Shown: piece by piece, positions 30,195 through 39,345 of the stretch
Layout of the letters: each line of letters begins with the position of its first letter
How positions within the stretch are numbered: the stretch's first letter is position 1
The notes under the pieces: model-generated
The model's database searches: none
Told to the model about the DNA's origin: nothing
Seen by the model: the letters and a program-made list of their open reading frames with translations, nothing else
NCBI GenBank assembly: GCA_051874735.1
Contig: JBJEGD010000026.1
Span: 1-64,000 of the forward strand
DNA: 64,000 bases
From: Candidatus Bruticola sp.
GTDB lineage: Bacteria; Vulcanimicrobiota; Xenobia; Xenobiales; Xenobiaceae
Direction: 5' to 3'
Position numbers and translations under genes: made by a program

Positions 30195-30665
30195 ATGACC
30201 GATCCTGAAGCTGTAAATCCTGAAGAAGAGTCTTTAGAGGCGCCGGAATATCTTAACAACTTGATGGATGAGCTCATTGTCTATGCTAAGTACCACGATG
30301 AGCATATGGAAGCTGAGTGGATTCCCGAAGAGAACGTTTTCCGTGTCTATCAAGACGATCAGCCTGAGGTTGATGTTTTTATGGTAGACATAGACGATTC
30401 TATGTACCATGAAGCTGAAGCTGTAGTAGTAGAAGCTGAGATAGGCGAGTACAGCGAAGACTTAGATCCGGCAGAGTTGTTGCGCTTCTGCGATCAAAAT
30501 TTAATTTACAGTCGCCTGATGATCAGCAAAGGTGATGGCTGCGAGTATGTTATTCTGCAGGCAGCTTGTCCGGTCAGTCAGTTAAGCGCCGCTCAGTTAG
30601 ATTGTATGATTCGAGAAGTTTCAGTATATTCTGGAGAACTCAGCGAAGAAGACGACGGCGAGTAA
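30195..30665 (+). CDS. small acidic protein, possible YbjN/CesT (type III chaperone-like) fold
   Basis: 156 aa and very D/E rich. Helix-strands-helix-strands pattern ending in an amphipathic helix (LSAAQLDCMIREV). AGGAG RBS. The fold is inferred. Confidence 0.5.
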   Translation: MTDPEAVNPEEESLEAPEYLNNLMDELIVYAKYHDEHMEAEWIPEENVFRVYQDDQPEVDVFMVDIDDSMYHEAEAVVVEAEIGEYSEDLDPAELLRFCDQNLIYSRLMISKGDGCEYVILQAACPVSQLSAAQLDCMIREVSVYSGELSEEDDGE

Positions 30666-30668
30666 ATT

Positions 30669-31964
30669 TTGAAAGTATTTAGAGATCCTGTACACGAAGA
30701 TATTTTTATCCCTCTAGAGTTAGTCGATCTTATAGACACAGCTCAAATGCAGCGGCTAAGGGGAATAAAGCAGTTAGGTACAGCTTCTCTCGTTTATCCA
30801 GGAGCAGTTCACACCCGATTTGAGCACAGTTTGGGCACTTGTCATCTGGCTATCCGTCTTTTAAGTATATTGGAAGAGTTCGGTACCAAGGTGAGTAAGG
30901 CTGAAAAACTGGCGGTGAGTGCGGCTGCTCTTTTGCATGATATAGGTCATATACCCTTTGGTCACACGGTGGAAGACGAGAGGAGAGTTTTCAGTCGTCA
31001 CGATTCTATAGAGCGTTTTGAAGCATTTTTTAATAAACGTACTGAATTAGGTAAGGCACTCCGCAAACTTAATATAGGTGAGCAAGTACAGAACATTCTT
31101 TACGGAACGGCTGAAAAAGCTTGGCTTAGTGAACTGATTAGCGGCGTATTTTGTGCTGATCTTTTAGATTATTTGGCTCGTGACGCCTTTTTTTGCGGGC
31201 TTTCTCAAAAATATGACAAGCGAATTTTGCGCAGTTTGCGTTCAGGCTGTGGTCATCTCTACTTAGACTGTCAGAAGAATGGAGTAGTCAGGGAAGATCT
31301 CGTCTCTGAAGTTATCAATCTTTTACGTTTACGTTATTTTTTAACTGAGCGCGTTTTCTTTCATCATACTAAGACAGCCTCAGGGGCGATGATTTCTAGA
31401 ATTATAGAGCGAGCTCTGGAATTGGGGTTGGAGCTGAAAGATATTCTACCTTTAGGAGATGAGCGTCTTTTAGCTTTTATTGAATGGCGTTTTGGCAGTG
31501 ACCAGCTTATTGCTTCCATAATTAAGGCTCTCCAGGCGCGCAAAATTTATAAGCGTGCTTATGTGTTAACCAGACGCATTGGAACTGAGAAGGAGGCCGC
31601 TTTAATAGAGCAGTTTCACCATAACGCCACTTGGCGGCGTCAAGCCGAAGATGAACTGATTGGCGATTTGGGCTTGCAAGCAGGGGAGCTGATTATTTAC
31701 TGCCCTTCAGCGAAAATGCAGCTAAAAGAGGCAGAAGTCTTGGTTAAAATAGATGAGGAAGAGCCCCGCTCCTTAGCTTCCCTTAATTTGCCAGAGGTTA
31801 GCGTGCTGCGCGACAAACACCGCAATTTATGGCGTTTTTATGTGTTTGTTTCTCAAAAACGTCAATACAAGCTCAGGCAGATATCTTCAGCCTGTGAGCG
31901 TTATTTTGGTTTAACAAATCATCTGCCGACTTTGCAGAGTGCTCAGCTTTATATGAGCTTCTGA
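30669..31964 (+). CDS. HD-domain phosphohydrolase, SAMHD1/dNTP triphosphohydrolase-like
   Basis: RDPVH, QRLRGIKQLG, YPGAVHTRFEHSLG, LLHDIGHIPFGH and ADLLDYLARD motifs. Confidence 0.9.
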   Translation: MKVFRDPVHEDIFIPLELVDLIDTAQMQRLRGIKQLGTASLVYPGAVHTRFEHSLGTCHLAIRLLSILEEFGTKVSKAEKLAVSAAALLHDIGHIPFGHTVEDERRVFSRHDSIERFEAFFNKRTELGKALRKLNIGEQVQNILYGTAEKAWLSELISGVFCADLLDYLARDAFFCGLSQKYDKRILRSLRSGCGHLYLDCQKNGVVREDLVSEVINLLRLRYFLTERVFFHHTKTASGAMISRIIERALELGLELKDILPLGDERLLAFIEWRFGSDQLIASIIKALQARKIYKRAYVLTRRIGTEKEAALIEQFHHNATWRRQAEDELIGDLGLQAGELIIYCPSAKMQLKEAEVLVKIDEEEPRSLASLNLPEVSVLRDKHRNLWRFYVFVSQKRQYKLRQISSACERYFGLTNHLPTLQSAQLYMSF

Positions 31965-32050
31965 TATAACTTATACATTTAGTTTTTTAGCACAGTGGCA
32001 TTTCAGACTTGTTTTTAGAAAAAAAAACTATATTTTTTTTCTAAAAGACC

Positions 32051-32079
32051 TTGCGTAAACTTAGCTAAGATGTTATACT
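32051..32079 (+). promoter_or_regulatory. sigma70-type promoter of tRNA cluster
   Basis: TTGCGT-17 bp-TATACT with extended -10 TG, followed by a GC-rich discriminator about 20 nt before the first tRNA. Confidence 0.8.
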
Positions 32080-32098
32080 GGCGGAGCCAGAAGGGCCT

Positions 32099-32174
32099 GG
32101 GCCCATAGCTCAGCGGTTAGAGCAGTTGGCTCATAACTAATTGGTCCCTGGTTCGAATCCAGGTGGGCCCACCA
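32099..32174 (+). tRNA. tRNA with CAT anticodon, probably Ile2 (lysidine-modified) rather than Met
   Basis: GGGCCCA/TGGGCCC acceptor stem, ctCATaa loop, GTTCGAATC T-arm and CCA end. Confidence 0.92.
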
Positions 32175-32210
32175 AGAGTCTCTGGTTTTTTGTGAGTGAA
32201 AAGTGTACAT

Positions 32211-32287
32211 GGCCCGGTGGTCTAGCGGTTTAGGACGCTGGCCTTTCAAGCCGGAGATCACGGGTTCGATTCCCGTCCGGGCTACCA
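32211..32287 (+). tRNA. tRNA-Glu(TTC)
   Basis: GGCCCGG acceptor, ctggc-ctTTCaa-gccgg anticodon arm, GTTCGATTC and CCA. Confidence 0.95.
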
Positions 32288-32380
32288 CTAAAAATGCTGT
32301 CCTCCATAGGGGAGGCGGTTATATATAATGAGAGGCTTATTTTGCCGAACAGCGTTTTGCAATGGGCTTCTCTTTTTTTT

Positions 32381-32457
32381 GGACGAGTAGCTCAGTTGGT
32401 TAGAGCACCTGCCTTACAAGCAGGGGGTCGGCGGTTCGAGTCCGTTCTCGTCCACCA
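32381..32457 (+). tRNA. tRNA-Val(TAC)
   Basis: GGACGAG/CTCGTCC acceptor, cctgc-ctTACaa-gcagg anticodon arm, GTTCGAGTC and CCA. Confidence 0.95.
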
Positions 32458-32466
32458 CAAAACATC

Positions 32467-32501
32467 AAGATCTTAATCCTTTAGGGTTGGGTCTTTTTTT
32501 T
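32467..32501 (+). terminator. terminator of tRNA operon
   Basis: aagatcttaatcct/agggttgggtctt followed by a T run. Confidence 0.7.
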
Positions 32502-32655
32502 ATGTTTATGTGACATAACTTTTTTTTCTTTAGTTATTGTCTATGAATATATAGGTTTATGGCAGTAATCTAGGTAAAAAGAGGAGCTGGAAGGGGCCAG
32601 GATAAAGAATTTTTCTTTTACTAAGCCCCTCAAGCAAGGAAGGTTATATTTAAAA

Positions 32656-33459
32656 GTGTTTACTTGTGAAAGCCAAGCGGATATAGGCATTTTCGGTGGT
32701 TCGGGTTTTTATAGTTTAGATTCTAATGCTGAAACTATAGTTATCAATACTCCTTATGGTCCAACTAGCGATAAAATTTCCTTAATTAACATTCATGGCA
32801 AACGGGTAGCTTTTTTGCCTCGTCATGGTTCCGATCATCATTTATCTCCCGCTAAAATACCTTATAGGGCCAATATTTGGGCTATGAAGCAATTGGGAGT
32901 TAAGGCTATTATAGGTCCGTGTGCTGTGGGCAGCCTGCGTTTGGAAATAAAGCCAGGCAGTTTTGTTGTTTGTGATCAGTTTGTTGATAGGACTTGGGGA
33001 CGTCAGGATACTTTTTTCGAAGGTCCAGAAGTAAAACACATTGCTGGCGCTGAGCCTTATTGCCCTTGTTTGCGTCCTTTTGTGGTTAATTGTGCTAAAG
33101 ATTTGGGTATAGAGGTCCATCCTAAGGGCACTATGGTGGTTATTCAAGGTCCCCGTTTTTCCACGAAAGCTGAAAGCGAGTGGTTTAAAAAGATGGGCTG
33201 GGATGTTGTCAATATGACGGGCTATCCCGAGTGTTATTTAGCTCGAGAGATGGAAATATGCTATGTAAACGTCTCTTTAGTCACCGATTACGATGCCGGT
33301 ATCGAAGGAGTGGCGGAAGCTGTTACTGGTGATGAGGTCTGCCGAGTTTTTGCTGAAAATAATCAAAAGTTAAAGAAGCTCATTTACAAGATTGTTGAAA
33401 GAATCGATTTGAATCGGGATTGTATTTGTCGCCACGCTTTAGCTGGAGACACTATGTAA
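32656..33459 (+). CDS. mtnP: S-methyl-5'-thioadenosine phosphorylase
   Basis: IGIFGGSG, FLPRHG, YRANIWA, GPRFSTKAES, VNMT and VTDYD motifs. Confidence 0.93.
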   Translation: MFTCESQADIGIFGGSGFYSLDSNAETIVINTPYGPTSDKISLINIHGKRVAFLPRHGSDHHLSPAKIPYRANIWAMKQLGVKAIIGPCAVGSLRLEIKPGSFVVCDQFVDRTWGRQDTFFEGPEVKHIAGAEPYCPCLRPFVVNCAKDLGIEVHPKGTMVVIQGPRFSTKAESEWFKKMGWDVVNMTGYPECYLAREMEICYVNVSLVTDYDAGIEGVAEAVTGDEVCRVFAENNQKLKKLIYKIVERIDLNRDCICRHALAGDTM

Positions 33460-33515
33460 CTTGTGCTTAAGGCCATTTTAAAAAGTTCTTTATTTTGAGA
33501 GATTTGAAGTAAAAC

Positions 33516-33554
33516 AAAAGCCGCTCCTTTAATAAAGTAAAGGAGCGGCTTTTT
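33516..33554. terminator. bidirectional terminator between mtnP and glnS
   Basis: aaaagccgctccttt/aaaggagcggctttt. Confidence 0.9.
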
Positions 33555-33574
33555 AAACTAAAGATGCTGGCAGT

Positions 33575-35287
33575 TTATTTTTTGCCTTGCATAATTTTAG
33601 CCCAAGTATCTTTTAAAGTGACTACTCGGTTAAACACCATATGATCGTCAGTTGTGTCTTTATCAGTGTAGAAATAGCCGGTGCGTTCAAATTGGAACCA
33701 TTTTCCAGCTGGAGTATGCAACATGTTGCTCTCTACTCTGGCATTGGTGATAACTTCTAATGAATTAGGATTGAGTTCATCGATAAAGTTAACACCTTCA
33801 GTAGTAGCAGGATGATCAACAGCAAAGAGGCGATCGTAAAGTCTTACTTCGCAGGGGATAGACTCAGAAGCGGATACCCAGTGCAGCGTTCCTTTGATCT
33901 TGCGTCCGTCAGCAGGATTACCTCCCTTGGATTGTGGATCGTAAGTGCAGTGGACTTCTGTAATATTGCCATTTTCATCTTTAACAACTGATTCGCACTT
34001 AATAATGTAAGCACGGCGCAGGCGCACTTCGCGTCCGGGAGCTAAACGGAAGAATTTGGGCACAGGTTCTTCCATGAAGTCATCGCGCTCGATGAAAATT
34101 TCTTTGGTAAACTTGAGATTGCGATGGCCCATTTTAGGCGGATCGTCGGGGAAGTAAGGAGCTTCAAACTCTTCGACTTGGTTTTCAGGATAGTTATCAA
34201 TGACAAGCTTCAAAGGACGCAGTACTCCCATAATGCGTGGCACTTTAGGATTAAGATCGTCGCGTACAGCCTGTTCAAAAATGGAGTAGCTAGTCCAAGT
34301 TTCGGCTTTGCTTATACCGATGCGATCACAGAATAGGCGGATAGCTTCGGGGGTATAACCGCGGCGGCGCATGCCAGTAATAGTCGGCATGCGGGGGTCG
34401 TCCCAACCGTTTACTCTATGCTCTTTAACTAACTGCAGAAGTTTGCGCTTACTGACAATAACTGATTCCAAATTGAGGCGGGAGAATTCGATCTGACGAG
34501 GTCGGCATTCTACTCCCACGTTCTCTAAAACCCAGTCGTAAAGAGGACGGTTATTTTCGAACTCCAACGTGCACAGAGAGTGGGTTATACCCTCAATAGA
34601 GTCAGAGAGACAGTGAGTAAAATCGTACATAGGGTAAATGCACCACTTGTCTCCAGTGTGAGGATGGGCTTGATGGCGGATGCGATACAGGGTAGGATCG
34701 CGCATAACGATATTGGGATGAGCCATATCGATTTTAGCACGCAGTACTTTTGCTCCGTCAGGGAATTCTCCAGCCTTCATACGGCGGAATAGATCTAAGT
34801 TCTCTTCTATGGAACGGTCACGGCAAGGGCTGTTTTTGCCTGGTTCAGTTAGGGTGCCTCGACTTAAGCGTATCTCTTCAGCGCTAGAATCGTCAACGTA
34901 AGCCTTTCCCTTTATAATGAGACGCTCGGCATATTCGTAAAGGCGATCGAAATAGTCGGAAGCGTTGTAAACTTTGTCACCCCAATCGAAACCGAGCCAC
35001 TTGACATCTTCTTTGATGGCATTTATGTATTCTGGCTCTTCTTTACCTGGGTTGGTATCGTCCATACGCAAGTGGCAAGTGCCTTGATAGTCTTTAGCTA
35101 AGCCAAAGTCTAGGCATATTGCCTTGGCGTGGCCTACATGTAAGTAACCGTTAGGTTCGGGAGGAAAGCGGGTTACTACGGTAGTGTGTTTGCCACTGGC
35201 TAAATCTTCATCGATAATATTGCGGATAAAGTTAGTAGAATGAGGAGAAGCGGATTCCGCACGATTCGTATTAGTATCGTTGTTCAT
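33575..35287 (-). CDS. glnS: glutamine--tRNA ligase
   Basis: [40 protein letters not shown] and FQFERTGYF motifs. Confidence 0.97.
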   Translation of the reverse strand: MNNDTNTNRAESASPHSTNFIRNIIDEDLASGKHTTVVTRFPPEPNGYLHVGHAKAICLDFGLAKDYQGTCHLRMDDTNPGKEEPEYINAIKEDVKWLGFDWGDKVYNASDYFDRLYEYAERLIIKGKAYVDDSSAEEIRLSRGTLTEPGKNSPCRDRSIEENLDLFRRMKAGEFPDGAKVLRAKIDMAHPNIVMRDPTLYRIRHQAHPHTGDKWCIYPMYDFTHCLSDSIEGITHSLCTLEFENNRPLYDWVLENVGVECRPRQIEFSRLNLESVIVSKRKLLQLVKEHRVNGWDDPRMPTITGMRRRGYTPEAIRLFCDRIGISKAETWTSYSIFEQAVRDDLNPKVPRIMGVLRPLKLVIDNYPENQVEEFEAPYFPDDPPKMGHRNLKFTKEIFIERDDFMEEPVPKFFRLAPGREVRLRRAYIIKCESVVKDENGNITEVHCTYDPQSKGGNPADGRKIKGTLHWVSASESIPCEVRLYDRLFAVDHPATTEGVNFIDELNPNSLEVITNARVESNMLHTPAGKWFQFERTGYFYTDKDTTDDHMVFNRVVTLKDTWAKIMQGKK

Positions 35288-35572
35288 ATGTTTCGGTAAT
35301 TCCTTATAGGGCGGATCTCAGAAATCGCGTCCATTAGAATATGGTCGGTGCAGACCGGCCAGCCTTGATTTTATCATTTTTTATATACTTAGGCTACGCC
35401 CAGTCCCTCTATCTTTTGAGAAGGTAAAGAGCAGCTACTTTCTAAATAGATATTCCGGGCTCCTTAGAGAGTCGTGAAGTGGAGTGGTGTTTTTCTGAAC
35501 AATACACGATCAGACATTTTAAGCTACGAAACTAATTTTTGTTAGAGGCTCTAAATTTTAGCAGTTAAAACC

Positions 35573-37450
35573 ATGGCCAGTTTTTCGCTTTTTCAAAAGT
35601 ATCGCTCGCAGAATTTCGATGATTTAATAGGCCAAGAAGTTGTTGTCAAAACTTTAAAAAACGCCTTAGCTTCTAAACGTACAGCTAACGTTTATCTTTT
35701 CTGCGGTCCTCGAGGCACAGGTAAAACGAGCACTGCCAGAATTTTAGCCAAAGCCCTTAACTGTGCTGATGGTCCAACTGCTTCTCCCTGCGGTATCTGT
35801 TCTGCCTGCCGTTCTATATCCGAAGGCTCTTGTCTAGATGTTCTAGAAATTGACGCAGCTTCTAATACTCAGGTAGATAAAATTCGCGATCTTATAGTTG
35901 ATAAGGTTCAATTCGCTCCTGCTCAAGTTCGCTACAAAGTTTATATAATAGACGAAGTACACAAACTTTCCGATTCATCATTTAACGCTCTTTTAAAAAC
36001 TTTAGAGGAGCCTCCTGCTCACGTTATTTTTATTTTAGCTACTACCGATCCAGAAAAAATTCCAGCTACAATTATATCTCGCTGTCAGCGTTATAATTTT
36101 CAGCGCTTTACTCTAATTCAGACTGTAAATCATATAAAAAATATAGCCTTGCGCGAGCAATTTTTTATTGACGATTTAGGAGCTGAACTCATTGCTCGAG
36201 CTTCTGAGGGCTCTATGCGCGACGCCCTAGTTCTGCTGGAACAGGCTATGTTTTTCTGTGGCCATCAGGGAACTTCCGCCCAAATCAGCAGTGAAGATAT
36301 TCGGCGTCTTTTAGGATTAGCCGGCGCAGAAGCTATACAAGATTTTATTTCCGGTTTTATTGAACAAAATATTGGTCATGTACTGACTATATTAGATGAT
36401 TTGATTAATAAAGGACGTGATCTCAATAAACTGGCTACTGAATTATTGGAATATATGCGTCAAATGATGCTGGTTAGTGTAAATGCTGCCGATCGAGAGT
36501 CTTTAGGAGTTACAGATAGTTACTTCCAGGAGTTAGTCAGCAGAACTCAATTAGTTAAGTTGGGTACCATTATGAATTGGATAGGCGCTGTCAGTGAATT
36601 GCAACGCCGTCTTTCTGATGGTGAAAGTGCTCGTTTAATTTGGGAAACTACGCTAATTAAACTTACAGTACCGGCGGCTAAGAGCAGCGATGATGGTTTG
36701 CTGGCTAGAATTGAGGCTTTGGAAGCGGATATAGCTAGTCTAAAGATTTTAAGTTCTACTGCACACGGTTTTTCTAAAGTTATTCCAAGTGATTTTCAAA
36801 CTAGTTCGGTCAGGGAAAAAACTAAGTTAGGCAGTAGTGGAGCTAATTCTTCCGCTTCCGTAAAAACTCATGCTCCTTTAAAAGATGAGGTCTCAACTTC
36901 TGTAGCTTCGGAAAAGGTTAGCGATAAAGTTATTTCAGCTGCTGCAGAGGGTAAAGAAACTTGCGGATCTTCAGAAATCGATTTAGGATGGGACAGTGAG
37001 CCTAATGTTGCCCCATCATCGGCGTTAAATGAAAAAAAAGGAGTCATTTCTGGTAAATCTGCTTCGGATATTAAGCTTAGGGAACAGAACCAAGTTAAAG
37101 TAAAAACAAACTCTGCCGAAGCTGTTTGGGGAAAACTGTTGGGGTATATAGAAAATAAAAGGCCAGATCTTTTTGCCTTTTTGCACGATACGCGTTGCCT
37201 TTCGGCTGTAAAAGGCGTAATAGTAGTACGCTATGAGAATAGCCGCAAAAACGATTATGAATCGGTTTTAAATCAAAGGGAAGATATAGAAACGGTTCTG
37301 AGTGAGGCCATGCGCCGTCCTATAAAATTAGAGGCTCGTTTAAGGGCAATCGCTTCTCCAGAAGACGAATATATGCATACAGTGAACTTAATTTTAAATA
37401 GTTTTGATGGACGTGTGGTCAGCACTTATAAAAACAACAATCAAATTTAA
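35573..37450 (+). CDS. dnaX: DNA polymerase III subunit gamma/tau
   Basis: GPRGTGKT, EIDAASN, IIDEVHKL, LLKTLEEPP and SRCQ motifs. Confidence 0.96.
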   Translation: MASFSLFQKYRSQNFDDLIGQEVVVKTLKNALASKRTANVYLFCGPRGTGKTSTARILAKALNCADGPTASPCGICSACRSISEGSCLDVLEIDAASNTQVDKIRDLIVDKVQFAPAQVRYKVYIIDEVHKLSDSSFNALLKTLEEPPAHVIFILATTDPEKIPATIISRCQRYNFQRFTLIQTVNHIKNIALREQFFIDDLGAELIARASEGSMRDALVLLEQAMFFCGHQGTSAQISSEDIRRLLGLAGAEAIQDFISGFIEQNIGHVLTILDDLINKGRDLNKLATELLEYMRQMMLVSVNAADRESLGVTDSYFQELVSRTQLVKLGTIMNWIGAVSELQRRLSDGESARLIWETTLIKLTVPAAKSSDDGLLARIEALEADIASLKILSSTAHGFSKVIPSDFQTSSVREKTKLGSSGANSSASVKTHAPLKDEVSTSVASEKVSDKVISAAAEGKETCGSSEIDLGWDSEPNVAPSSALNEKKGVISGKSASDIKLREQNQVKVKTNSAEAVWGKLLGYIENKRPDLFAFLHDTRCLSAVKGVIVVRYENSRKNDYESVLNQREDIETVLSEAMRRPIKLEARLRAIASPEDEYMHTVNLILNSFDGRVVSTYKNNNQI

Positions 37451-37480
37451 CTAACCTGGAGAAATAGAGGTTAATCTTCT

Positions 37481-37720
37481 GTGGATGGAAATATTGATGA
37501 GCGTTTAATTGAAGTCCCTTATCAGCGTTTGAGTGAAAGAGCTTTACAGGGAGTTTTGGAAGAATATGCCACTAGAGGTGGATATGAGTGTAATATGTCT
37601 TTGCAAAAGCGTACAGATATTCTAAAACGCAGATTAGCTAAAGGCGAGTTAGCTATAGTATTCGATCCCGCAGAAGAAAGCGTCAATATTATTGAAAAAG
37701 GTTGGCATGCCCATGATTAA
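37481..37720 (+). CDS. YheU-family protein
   Basis: VPYQRLSERALQGVLEEYATRGG...L.KGELAIVFDP..ESVNI pattern. Confidence 0.75.
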   Translation: MDGNIDERLIEVPYQRLSERALQGVLEEYATRGGYECNMSLQKRTDILKRRLAKGELAIVFDPAEESVNIIEKGWHAHD

Positions 37721-38168
37721 AATCGCTTTGATTTCCGATATACACGGCCGCATTTCACCTAAGGTGCTAGATCGTCTTCAAGGCTGTAATTATATTATCT
37801 GCGCTGGCGATACTGAAAGTCCGGCTATTTTAGCCGAGTTGGAAGCTATAGCTCCACTTACTGTTGTTAGGGGAAACTGCGATTGGCGTCCTTGGGCTGA
37901 TGATTTACCCAAAGATGCCGTTCTCAAAGCTGGTGAACTGAGTATTTATGTAATACATAATTTAGACAATCTTTCATTTAATCCCAATCCGGATAAGATT
38001 GACGTTATAGTTTATGGACATACGCATCGTTATAAGCAATATTATGAAAATGATGTCCTTTACATAAATCCTGGCAGTGTGTCTGAACCGCGCGGTGGAC
38101 AGTACCCTCATATGTACATTTTAGAAGCTGAGGGCAAGAATATTTACGTTAAAAGCCTAGACGTTTAA
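37713..38168 (+). CDS. YfcE-type metallophosphoesterase
   Basis: ISDIHG, AGD, VRGNCD, GHTH and NPGS motifs; ATG at 37713 overlaps the upstream gene. Confidence 0.9.
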   Translation: MIKIALISDIHGRISPKVLDRLQGCNYIICAGDTESPAILAELEAIAPLTVVRGNCDWRPWADDLPKDAVLKAGELSIYVIHNLDNLSFNPNPDKIDVIVYGHTHRYKQYYENDVLYINPGSVSEPRGGQYPHMYILEAEGKNIYVKSLDV

Positions 38169-38335
38169 TTTTTCAGGCCTATTTTACATTATAAATTAAA
38201 GACCTTATTAGGCTCGCAGAAGCTTTAGCTTCGCTTATCTTTAGGGAAGGCCTAACGGATCGCTAGAGCGAACAGAAAGGCACTTCTTGAGCCTTTGATG
38301 GCAGTTTTATCCTTACTTTACGGAGATATGAGTTT

Positions 38336-38644
38336 ATGCAAAGACAAATTATGAGGCAAATGCAAAAGATGCAGAACGATTTAGCCTCCGCTCAAAAAGA
38401 ACTTGAAAATGCTACTGTAGAAGGATCGTCAGGTGGCGGGGCGGTGAAAGTTGTGGTAACTGGCAGCCAAGTCGTTCGTTCCATAAGTATTTCCAAAGAT
38501 GCCATCGATCCTGAAGACGTCGGTGTTTTAGAAGATCTAGTTTTAGTGGCCATCAACGACGGGTTAGAAAAATCTCGTGAGCTCTCCTCTAACCGTATGG
38601 GAAGGGTTGCTGCTGGTTTGAATTTACCTCCGGGTCTTTTTTAG
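38336..38644 (+). CDS. ebfC: nucleoid-associated protein YbaB/EbfC
   Basis: QMQKMQ...EGSSGGGAVKV...DPEDVGVLEDLVLVAIND; lies immediately upstream of recR. Confidence 0.93.
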   Translation: MQRQIMRQMQKMQNDLASAQKELENATVEGSSGGGAVKVVVTGSQVVRSISISKDAIDPEDVGVLEDLVLVAINDGLEKSRELSSNRMGRVAAGLNLPPGLF

Positions 38645-38653
38645 CAGTGGTAA

Positions 38654-39253
38654 ATGTCTAAATTCCCTAAATCTTTAGAGCTCCTTTTAGAGCAGCTTCA
38701 GCAGCTGCCAACAGTAGGTCCCAAAACTGCTTCTCGTTTGGCTTTCTATCTATTAGGTGCTTCTCGAGAGCGAGTTGAGGCTTTAGCTAGGGCTATGGTC
38801 GAAGTTAAGGTGCGTTTGCGTGCCTGCTCTAGGTGCGGGAACCTGGCCGAAGGAGATTTGTGCGAGATCTGTCGCAGCTCCGGCCGCAGTACTGATACCT
38901 TGTGTGTAGTTGCCAATGCGCGCGATCTTATGGCTATAGAAAGTTCTGGAGAATACGCTGGCCTTTACCATGTTTTGGGCGGTCTTATTTCTCCTCTTGA
39001 CGGTATTGGACCTGAACAGCTGAATATCGATTCCCTGCAGGAGCGTTTGAAGCAAGAACCTATAAAAGAAGTGATTCTAGCTACTAATCCCACCGTTCCA
39101 GGTGAAGCCACAGCTTTATATCTAAAAAATATTCTCTCTAACTGCAATATTAAACTCACCAGGCTGGCCTCAGGGCTGCCTATGGGAGCCGATCTTGAAT
39201 ACGCCGATCCGCTTACTCTTTCTAGAGCCTTAGGTAACAGACGTCCTTTGTAA
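38654..39253 (+). CDS. recR: recombination mediator RecR
   Basis: LPTVGPKTA HhH motif, C4 zinc finger, YHVLGG and EVILATNP..GEATA Toprim motifs. Confidence 0.97.
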   Translation: MSKFPKSLELLLEQLQQLPTVGPKTASRLAFYLLGASRERVEALARAMVEVKVRLRACSRCGNLAEGDLCEICRSSGRSTDTLCVVANARDLMAIESSGEYAGLYHVLGGLISPLDGIGPEQLNIDSLQERLKQEPIKEVILATNPTVPGEATALYLKNILSNCNIKLTRLASGLPMGADLEYADPLTLSRALGNRRPL

Positions 39254-39272
39254 GAAGAGCTTGGCAAAAATG

Positions 39273-39328
39273 AAAAATCCCCCCTCTTACGCCTTAAGTT
39301 TTGCGGCTAAAGAGTAGGGGATTTTTTT
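39273..39328. terminator. bidirectional terminator
   Basis: aaaaatcccc...ggggattttt between convergent genes. Confidence 0.7.
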
Positions 39329-39345
39329 ATAAAGAGATGGTCAAA

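Noticed and set aside
32099-32457. tRNA cluster as the integration site of an island carrying the nucleases
   Set aside because: No integrase and no duplicated tRNA 3' end were seen in the window.
32073-32476. ORF-track ORFs 32073-32288 (-) and 32294-32476 (+)
   Set aside because: They overlap the tRNA genes and are shadow ORFs.
35288-35572. SRP RNA (ffs), often found upstream of dnaX
   Set aside because: The conserved helix-8 motif (CAGG...GGAA...GCAG) is not recognisable.
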